DNA of 50,692 nucleotides from Prevotellaceae bacterium (GTDB lineage Bacteria; Bacteroidota; Bacteroidia; Bacteroidales; UBA932): NCBI GenBank assembly GCA_031265155.1, contig JAISDB010000152.1, positions 1 to 50,692 of the forward strand, read 5' to 3'. Shown piece by piece: positions 44,160 to 50,692 of this stretch (position 1 is its first letter; each line of letters starts with the position of its first letter). The notes under the pieces were generated by a model. It saw only the letters and a program-made list of their open reading frames with translations, ran no database searches and was not told where the DNA came from. The position numbers and the translations under genes were made by a program.

Positions 44160-44954
44160 ATGCAGCTGTTTTTTCGCAAGTTTGGTAATACAGGCAATAA
44201 TATTATTATTTTGCACGGGCTTTACGGCTGTTCCGACAACTGGACAAGCGTAGCAAAAAGCCTTTCGCATACCAATAACGTTTTTGTCGCAGATTTGCGA
44301 AATCACGGACGTTCACCGCACAGCAGCGAACATACGTATGAAGCAATGTGCGGCGATTTGGCTGAATTTATCAGTCATAACAAAATTGAAAAACCTGTTG
44401 TTGCAGGACATTCAATGGGCGGACGCTGCGCCGCTTTATTTGCAAAACAGTATCCCGACCTGCTGTCAAAAGTCGTAATTGCGGACATTTCGCCTTTCGA
44501 TTGCGAAAATCAGGAAGCAATATCTGAATTTCACAAAAACATACTGTCGGCTTTGATGCGGGTAAATACAAGCGAAATAGGCTCGCGACACGAAGCCGCA
44601 GCAAAACTGTCGGAAAAAATCACCGATATTCGCCTTCGGAATTTTCTACTGAAAAATTTGTATCGAACGCCAAAAGGCAACTTTTTATGGAGATTTAATC
44701 TGCCGGTATTATTAAATAATGTTAATAACATTGTCTGCGGATCTCTTGAAAAAAATGAAAATTCCAGGATACAGATTCCGGCTTTATTCATCATCGGTAA
44801 AAAATCCGGTCATGTTGTATCTTCTGATATTGAGATTATTACAAATGTTTTTTCTGATTTGAAAATAACAGTGTTTCACGAAGCCGGGCATTGGATTCAC
44901 GTCGAACAGCAGGAAAAATTTGTAGATTGCATACAAAAATTCATCGATGAGTAA
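44160..44954 (+). CDS. alpha/beta hydrolase
   Basis: 264 aa. It has the HG oxyanion segment (IIILHGLYG), the nucleophile elbow GHSMGG and a C-terminal EAGHWIH. Confidence 0.8.
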   Translation: MQLFFRKFGNTGNNIIILHGLYGCSDNWTSVAKSLSHTNNVFVADLRNHGRSPHSSEHTYEAMCGDLAEFISHNKIEKPVVAGHSMGGRCAALFAKQYPDLLSKVVIADISPFDCENQEAISEFHKNILSALMRVNTSEIGSRHEAAAKLSEKITDIRLRNFLLKNLYRTPKGNFLWRFNLPVLLNNVNNIVCGSLEKNENSRIQIPALFIIGKKSGHVVSSDIEIITNVFSDLKITVFHEAGHWIHVEQQEKFVDCIQKFIDE

Positions 44955-44978
44955 ATGCAATGTTACAAAAACTTATTT

Positions 44979-44986
44979 TACCTTTG
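44979..44986 (+). promoter_or_regulatory. -7 promoter box TACCTTTG upstream of the skp/ompH-like gene
   Basis: It matches TAnnTTTG and lies 26 nt before the ATG at 45012. Confidence 0.4.
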
Positions 44987-45011
44987 CAGTCTGATATTAT
45001 AAAAATTTAGA

Positions 45012-45605
45012 ATGAGAAAAGCATATATTTTTACATTGATTGTGATATTGTCGTCATGTGGAGGCAACGGTTCAAAAAACATCGAAAAAACGACATCGGA
45101 TTCGATAAACAGCAGTATTCCTGTTTTGAAAGCCGAGAAGGGCGATATGGTTTTTGTACGCATGGATTCTATTATAAACAGTTTTGACATGTATCACGAT
45201 TTGAGAAAAATATATGAAGAAGATGTAACAAAAGCCGATACCGATTTGAGAACAAAGGCAGAATCTTTTCGTAAGGAAGTTGCCGACTTTCAGGAAAAAA
45301 CCGACAAGGGTCTGATAACTCGTTCTCAAGCCGAACAGGAACAGGGACGACTGCTTCGCCGCCAGCAAAACTTGGAAGAAGAGCAAAACAGGGTTAGAAA
45401 TGAACTGGGCGAAAAAGAAGTGGTTTTGCTTAATCAGATTCATAATGCAATAATGGTATATGTTAACAGATACAATGAAGAAAAAGGTTACAGTATGATA
45501 ATAAGCACATCGGGAACTTCATCCGTTTTGTATGGAAATCCGGGATTAGATATTACAGGCGATATTATAAAAGGTATAAATGAAGAATATATAAAAAGCA
45601 GATAA
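45012..45605 (+). CDS. OmpH/Skp family periplasmic chaperone
   Basis: 197 aa. It has a lipoprotein-like signal (LSSCG) and a long charged coiled-coil (EQEQGRLLRRQQNLEEEQ), as in OmpH. Confidence 0.8.
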   Translation: MRKAYIFTLIVILSSCGGNGSKNIEKTTSDSINSSIPVLKAEKGDMVFVRMDSIINSFDMYHDLRKIYEEDVTKADTDLRTKAESFRKEVADFQEKTDKGLITRSQAEQEQGRLLRRQQNLEEEQNRVRNELGEKEVVLLNQIHNAIMVYVNRYNEEKGYSMIISTSGTSSVLYGNPGLDITGDIIKGINEEYIKSR

Positions 45606-45643
45606 TGTGTTTTCATAATGTTTAGTTTTTTAAGTTAAACGGG

Positions 45644-45677
45644 GATGCAGCCGAAGAAATTCGGCTGTATCTTTTTT
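45644..45677 (+). terminator. intrinsic terminator after the skp/ompH-like gene
   Basis: GATGCAGCCGAA-gaaa-TTCGGCTGTATC followed by TTTTTT. Confidence 0.7.
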
Positions 45678-45733
45678 AAAAGGACAATTCGGAAATTGTC
45701 ATGTATTTATGTGAATTTTTAAATAAGGTTCAA

Positions 45734-45741
45734 TATATTTG
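45734..45741 (+). promoter_or_regulatory. -7 promoter box TATATTTG upstream of the relA/spoT homolog
   Basis: It matches TAnnTTTG and lies 97 nt before the ATG at 45838. Confidence 0.3.
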
Positions 45742-45837
45742 CTCTTTAATTTTTTGCGGCAATTTGAATTGAAAGTTAATTGATATGAATTAAAAAATTA
45801 ATTTTGTAGTGCGGTAAATGAAATTATCAGAATAAAA

Positions 45838-48006
45838 ATGGATTTAAAGGAAAGCAAAAATAAAGAATATGCATTGAAAGGGTTTAACTCATTTATAAAC
45901 AATAATTTGATGCTGTCAACCGGCGATCTGCCGCTTATAAAAAGCGCTTTTGACATTGCCGGTGCCAGCCTGTCGAATTTCACTCGCGAAAACGGCGATC
46001 CGTTTATTTTACATGCTGTTGAAACTGCAAAAATCATAATTAACGAATTGGGACTGTCGTCTGTGTCGTTAATTGCCATGCTTTTGCATGAAGCTATTTC
46101 AAAGTCAAAAACCGAAATCGACATAAAGTCTTTCGGCGATGAAATTCAGCGTATTGTTGAAGGATTGAACAAAATATCAAAAATCGACATAAAGACAACA
46201 AGCCTGCAAGCCGATAATTTCAGAAAACTTATAGTATCGTATTCGAGCGACCCTCGCGTAACGCTTATAAAACTTGCCGACCGCCTTGAAGTCATGCGCT
46301 CGCTGTCGTTTTTTACGCCTGCAAAGCAAATGCAGAAAGCAACCGAAACAATGCTGCTTTACGCTCCGCTGTCGCATCAGCTGGGACTGTACAATTTGAA
46401 AAGCGAACTCGAAAATCTGGCATTCAAGTATCTCGACCCTGCGGCATACAGGCTGGTAACAAATAAACTGAAAAGCACAACCGCAGAACGTGAAAAATTT
46501 GTCAAAAATTTTTTATTGCCCATAGAAAACGAACTGAAAAGAAATAATTTCAGATATGAAATAAAAAGCCGTACAAAAGCGGCGTACTCCGTCTGGCGTA
46601 AAATGCAGGCGCAGCAGGTAAATTTTGAAAACATATACGATGTTTTTGCCATTCGCATTATTCTTGACTCCGAATTTGAAAACGAAAAATCCGACTGTTG
46701 GGCAGTATATTCCATTGTCGCAAACATATACGAACCCGATACAAAGCGCTTCCGCGACTGGATTTCACGACCCAAAATTACGGGCTACGAATCATTGCAT
46801 ACAACAGTTTCTACTGCCGACGGGAAATTTGTCGAAGTGCAAATACGCACGCGCCGCATGGATGAAATAGCCGAAAAAGGAGCTGCGGCACACTGGAAGT
46901 ACAAAGGAGTAAGACAAATGCAAAGCGTGCAGGACTGGCTTAATACTGTCCGTAATCTTTTGGAAACCGCACAAATCGAAACAACCGAAAAAGTTAATAA
47001 CATAAACGAAACGGAAATATTCGTCTTCACTCCGGCAGGAGATTTGCGGCGCCTGCCGAAAGGAGCAACCGTTCTCGACTTTGCTTTTGATATTCATACA
47101 AACATTGGCGCACGTTGTGTCGGAGCGCGTATAAACGGCAAAAATGCAACAATACGCGAACAGCTTAAAACAGGCGATACGGTTGAAGTACTGACATCAA
47201 AAAATCAGGAACCCAAAGCCGACTGGCTGAATTTTGTTGTTTCGTCAAAAGCGAAATCACGGATACGCGCAAAATTAAACGAAGAAGAAGCCAAACTCGC
47301 CAGACTCGGAAAAGACATCATTGAGCGGCGATTGAAGAACTGGAAATTATCTACTTTTGAAGAAGCGATAACAGCGCTCACAAAACATTACAAACTGAAA
47401 CAGGGAACAGAATTTTATGCGCTGCTCGGAAGTGAAAAAATAAGTTTTTCCGAAGTAAAGGATGTCCTGCAAAAACTGTATGCCGGGCATGATAAAAAAA
47501 GCCTTGATATTTCAGAAGCAAAGCATGTTCAAAAAACTCAAAAAGCATCCGAGCATGGCGATTATCTTATAATTGATGAGCGTTTAAGCGGATTAAGCTA
47601 TCATTTGGCAAAATGCTGCAATCCGATAAAGGGAGACGATATTTTCGGATTTGTTACCATAAATTCGGGAATAACCGTGCATTCCATTACCTGTCAAAAT
47701 GCAACGCGACTCCTTGATAAATTTCCTTACCGAATAATAAAGGCAAAATGGAGAGAAGGAGATGAAGGTTCTTTCCTTGCAACGATAAAGCTCGCAGGAA
47801 ACAATGAAACAGGAATACTGAACAAAATTACCGAAGTCTTACAGCAAATAAACGTCAGCATACGCTCAATAAACATATCGTCTAAAAAGGGAGAATTTGA
47901 TGGTAAAGTGCAAATATCGGTATCAAGCGCAAAATTTTTAAACCATGTGCTGTATCGTTTGCAGCAAATAAAGGGAATACATAAAGTGCAGCGAATAAAT
48001 CAATAA
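45838..48006 (+). CDS. RelA/SpoT homolog, (p)ppGpp synthetase with degenerate HD hydrolase motifs
   Basis: 722 aa. The synthetase motifs RTKAAYSVWRKM, DVFAIRIIL, YESLHTTV and VEVQIRTRRMD are intact, and it has TGS and ACT-like C-terminal domains. The hydrolase positions read LLHEAISKS and RLEVMRS. Confidence 0.9.
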   Translation: MDLKESKNKEYALKGFNSFINNNLMLSTGDLPLIKSAFDIAGASLSNFTRENGDPFILHAVETAKIIINELGLSSVSLIAMLLHEAISKSKTEIDIKSFGDEIQRIVEGLNKISKIDIKTTSLQADNFRKLIVSYSSDPRVTLIKLADRLEVMRSLSFFTPAKQMQKATETMLLYAPLSHQLGLYNLKSELENLAFKYLDPAAYRLVTNKLKSTTAEREKFVKNFLLPIENELKRNNFRYEIKSRTKAAYSVWRKMQAQQVNFENIYDVFAIRIILDSEFENEKSDCWAVYSIVANIYEPDTKRFRDWISRPKITGYESLHTTVSTADGKFVEVQIRTRRMDEIAEKGAAAHWKYKGVRQMQSVQDWLNTVRNLLETAQIETTEKVNNINETEIFVFTPAGDLRRLPKGATVLDFAFDIHTNIGARCVGARINGKNATIREQLKTGDTVEVLTSKNQEPKADWLNFVVSSKAKSRIRAKLNEEEAKLARLGKDIIERRLKNWKLSTFEEAITALTKHYKLKQGTEFYALLGSEKISFSEVKDVLQKLYAGHDKKSLDISEAKHVQKTQKASEHGDYLIIDERLSGLSYHLAKCCNPIKGDDIFGFVTINSGITVHSITCQNATRLLDKFPYRIIKAKWREGDEGSFLATIKLAGNNETGILNKITEVLQQINVSIRSINISSKKGEFDGKVQISVSSAKFLNHVLYRLQQIKGIHKVQRINQ

Positions 48007-48103
48007 ATGCGATATTATTCGTGAAAACATATCCATCGTTGCGATAAGTTCTACCACGTACAAATTATGAGATGATACTGCGCTTCATAAACAGGGTTGA
48101 GAA

Positions 48104-48132
48104 GTTCGGACGAGGCAAAGCCTCGTCCGAAC
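48104..48132. terminator. GC-rich perfect hairpin between the convergent relA/spoT homolog and T9SS cargo gene
   Basis: GTTCGGACGAGGC-aaa-GCCTCGTCCGAAC has 13-bp perfect arms. The flanking U-tracts are weak. Confidence 0.5.
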
Positions 48133-48169
48133 TGTTCTTGCATGTAAAACAGGCATGCCTGCAAACAAA

Positions 48170-50692
48170 TTATCTTTTCAGCACTTCCACGCTACTTTTT
48201 AATCTCGGCTTGCCGCTTGAATTGTACAGAATATAGAAATACAGTCCCGGTTCTACATTCTGTCCTCTGCTGTTTTTTCCGTCCCAGCCCATATCCTGTT
48301 CTTCCTGTGTCCTTGTTTCGTAAACCGGCGTTCCGTAACGGTTAAATATCTGAACTCTAAATCCGGACATGAAATAGTCATTTATTCCATCTTTGTTAAA
48401 CGGAGAAAATGCCGTTATGAACGGATAGTATATAACATCAAGATTCAACGTTACTATACTGTCGCAGCCTTCTTCGGTTTTCAAGTTGGAAACGTGTAAA
48501 CCCGGTGTATTGTACTGATAGTTGCCCACCCTGTAAAATTCATCTTCATAAATCCGCGCGAAAACATATTCATCATAAACGGGATTAACCGCTAACTGTA
48601 AGGTAACAATACTGTCGCAATCGCAATCTGTTGTTTTAAGAGAGTGCGTATATGTATAAAATCCGGGTTGAGATACTGATATGTTAAATCCGTTGGCATC
48701 ATAACTGTCACCCTCGCAAACAGATGCATTTATAATGATATCATAAGTAGGATTAACCATTAGATTTAAATTTACCATGCTGTCGCAGCCGTTTGTTCCA
48801 GTCAGATTTTTCGAGTACTGCATAAGACCGACCTGTACAGGCTCTTCATTAAATCCATATTTGTCATAAGGTTTGCCTAAACATATTGTGTCTGTTATCA
48901 GTGTATCGTATGTCGCCAATACCGTCAATTCCAATCTTATAATACTGTCGCAACCGCCTATTACCGTTACCAGTTCTGTCGAATCTTTTACAAGTCCGGG
49001 CGCTGCCGGTGTTAAATCAAAATCATCGTCCTTGTACGTATCGCCCAGGCATATTGATGCTGTTACGGTTCTGTCATATACAGGCAAAACAGTCAGTTCC
49101 AGCCTTACCGTGCTGTCGCAGCCGCCGATTATTGTGTACAGTGTAGTGTCCCATGCTATCAATCCGGGCGCGGTTGGCGTTGTGTCCAAAAATGCGTAAA
49201 CCGGATTTATGTACGCATCGCCAAAACATATTGTATCTATTACTAAGGTGTCGTAAACAGGCAAAACCGTCAATTCCAGCCTTACCGTGCTGTCGCAGCC
49301 GCCAATTATTGTGTACAGTGTAGTGTCCCATGCTATCAATCCTGGCATGGTTGGCGTTGTGTCCAAAAATGCATAAGCCGGATTTATGTAAGTATCGCCA
49401 AAGCATATTGTATCTATTACTAAAGTGTCGTAAACAGGCAAGACAGTCAATTCCAGCCTTACAGTGCTATCGCAGCCGCCGATTATCGTGTACAGTGTTG
49501 TGTCCAACGCTATCAATCCGGTTGCGGTCGGCGTTGTATCCAAAAATGCGTAAACAGGATTTATGTAAGTGTCGCCAAAACATATTGTATCTGTTACCAG
49601 TGTATTATAAACAGGCAAAACCGTCAATTCCAGCCTTACAATACTGTCGCAGCCGCCGATTATTGTGTACAGTGTTGTGTCCCACGCTATCAATCCTGGC
49701 ATGGTTGGCGTTGTGTCCAAAAATGCGTAATTCGTATTTATGTAAGTATCGCCAAAGCATATTGTATCTGTTATTAAGGTGTCGTAAACATGCAAGACAG
49801 TCAGTTCAAGCCTTACCGTGCTGTCGCAGTTGCCTATTACCATGTACAGTGTAGTGTCCCACGCTATCAATCCGGGCGCTGTCGGCGTTGTGTCTAAAAA
49901 TGCGTAAGTCGGATTAGTATAAGTATCGCCAAAGCATATTGTATCTGTTATTAAGGTGTCGTACACAGGCAAGACAGTCAGTTCAAGCCTTACCGTGCTG
50001 TCGCAGTTGCCTATTACCGTGTACAGTGTAGTGTCCCACGCTATCAATCCGGGCGTTGTTGGCGTTGTATCCAAAAAGGCATAAGTTGGATTTATGTAAG
50101 TGTCGCCAAGGCATATTGTATCTGTTACTAAGGTGTCGTACACAGGCAAGACAGTCAGTTCAAGCCTTACCGTGCTGTCGCAGCTGCCGATTACCGTGTA
50201 CAGTGTCGTATCCCACGCTATCAATCCGGGCGCTGTCGGCGTTGTGTCCAAAAATGCGTAGGTCGGATTAGTATAAGTGTCGCCAAAGCATATTGTATCT
50301 GTTATCAATGTATCGTAAACAGGCAAGACAGTCAATTCCAGCCTTACTGTACTGTCGCAGTTTCCGATTACCGTGTACAGTGTAGTGTCCCATGCTATCA
50401 ATCCTGGCGCTGTCGGCGTTGTATCCAAAAATGCGTAAACCTGATTTATGTAAGTATCGCCAAAGCATATTGTATCAGTTATCAATGTATTGTAAACAGG
50501 CAGAACCGTCAATTCCAGCCTTACTATGCTGTCGCAGCCGCCGATTATCGTGTACAGTGTTGTGTCCCATGCAATCAATCCGGGCGCTGTTGGCATTGTA
50601 TCCAAAAAGGCATAAGTCGGATTGGTATAAGTGTCGCCAAAGCATATTGTATCTATTATCAATGTGTCGTAAACAGGCAAGACAGTCAGTTC
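48170..50692 (-). CDS. repeat-rich T9SS cargo protein with type-B (gliding-motility-associated) C-terminal sorting domain; 5' end outside the window
   Basis: The frame stays open to the window edge, and the track M at 50680 is a TTG Leu inside a repeat. It has 9 near-identical and 4 divergent 55-59-aa repeats, then FSPFNKDGINDYF...GLYFYIL. Confidence 0.85.
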   Translation of the reverse strand, partial: ELTVLPVYDTLIIDTICFGDTYTNPTYAFLDTMPTAPGLIAWDTTLYTIIGGCDSIVRLELTVLPVYNTLITDTICFGDTYINQVYAFLDTTPTAPGLIAWDTTLYTVIGNCDSTVRLELTVLPVYDTLITDTICFGDTYTNPTYAFLDTTPTAPGLIAWDTTLYTVIGSCDSTVRLELTVLPVYDTLVTDTICLGDTYINPTYAFLDTTPTTPGLIAWDTTLYTVIGNCDSTVRLELTVLPVYDTLITDTICFGDTYTNPTYAFLDTTPTAPGLIAWDTTLYMVIGNCDSTVRLELTVLHVYDTLITDTICFGDTYINTNYAFLDTTPTMPGLIAWDTTLYTIIGGCDSIVRLELTVLPVYNTLVTDTICFGDTYINPVYAFLDTTPTATGLIALDTTLYTIIGGCDSTVRLELTVLPVYDTLVIDTICFGDTYINPAYAFLDTTPTMPGLIAWDTTLYTIIGGCDSTVRLELTVLPVYDTLVIDTICFGDAYINPVYAFLDTTPTAPGLIAWDTTLYTIIGGCDSTVRLELTVLPVYDRTVTASICLGDTYKDDDFDLTPAAPGLVKDSTELVTVIGGCDSIIRLELTVLATYDTLITDTICLGKPYDKYGFNEEPVQVGLMQYSKNLTGTNGCDSMVNLNLMVNPTYDIIINASVCEGDSYDANGFNISVSQPGFYTYTHSLKTTDCDCDSIVTLQLAVNPVYDEYVFARIYEDEFYRVGNYQYNTPGLHVSNLKTEEGCDSIVTLNLDVIYYPFITAFSPFNKDGINDYFMSGFRVQIFNRYGTPVYETRTQEEQDMGWDGKNSRGQNVEPGLYFYILYNSSGKPRLKSSVEVLKR
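49100..50692 (-). repeat. near-identical 177-bp (59-codon) in-frame tandem repeats inside the T9SS cargo gene
   Basis: Nine copies of ELTVLPVY[DN]TL[IV][TI]DTICFGDTY.N..YAFLDTTPT.PGLIAWDTTLY..IG.CDS.VRL. The period was confirmed on DNA (gtcaattccagccttac recurs every 177 nt). Confidence 0.9.

Noticed and set aside
49074-50468. ORFs 49074..49406, 49330..49854, 50056..50271 and 50268..50468 within the repeat gene
   Set aside because: They are periodic artefacts of the 177-bp repeats in other frames or on the other strand. Only the minus frame giving ELTVLPVY...CDS..VRL continues into a recognisable T9SS sorting domain.
1-50692. Searched by eye for rRNA, tRNA, tmRNA, RNase P or SRP signatures, transposase or integrase genes, cas genes and prophage modules
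   Set aside because: None was recognised. This is a visual scan only. tRNAscan-SE, Infernal and ISfinder searches would be needed to exclude them formally.

Overview
The window reads as a Bacteroidota (Bacteroidales-like) chromosomal segment. Supporting evidence is a SusC/SusD pair, BACON and DUF4302 lipoproteins, a T9SS type-B C-terminal sorting domain, and the phylum-typical TAnnTTTG -7 promoter box 15-90 nt upstream of at least 13 genes. I call about 41 protein genes. Most are housekeeping: fabG, ClC channel, ECF sigma, asd, mfd, ExbB/ExbD, alkaline phosphatase, ansA, TatD, dprA, NamZ plus an MFS permease, a MacAB-TolC-type efflux operon, Skp and RelA/SpoT. Two patches look accessory. The first (6.4-12.5 kb) holds an HTH protein, a tiny lipoprotein ORF, a leaderless protein with a C39-like peptidase domain, two lipocalin-like paralogs, an O-antigen-ligase-like protein and a degenerate Fic. 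The second (16-25 kb) is a SusC/D locus with no glycoside hydrolase. I found no rRNA, tRNA, cas genes, transposase or integrase by eye. The most unusual signal is a 1.3-kb gene-free island at 25.1-26.4 kb. It contains a REP-like hairpin, 14 head-to-tail copies of a 42-bp hairpin-bearing unit (architecture like the F-plasmid sopC centromere) and a roughly 180-nt region that folds into a closed multi-stem structure. Other leads: a 23-bp inverted repeat bracketing the only recognisable susC promoter (candidate inverton), an effector/immunity-like module at 7.0-9.6 kb, a Fic protein lacking the catalytic His, a 3-copy family of roughly 80-bp hairpin repeats, and near-identical 177-bp coding repeats in a T9SS cargo gene cut by the window edge. 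All coordinates for hairpins, boxes and repeats were counted by hand. Protein family calls come from remembered motifs, not from searches.
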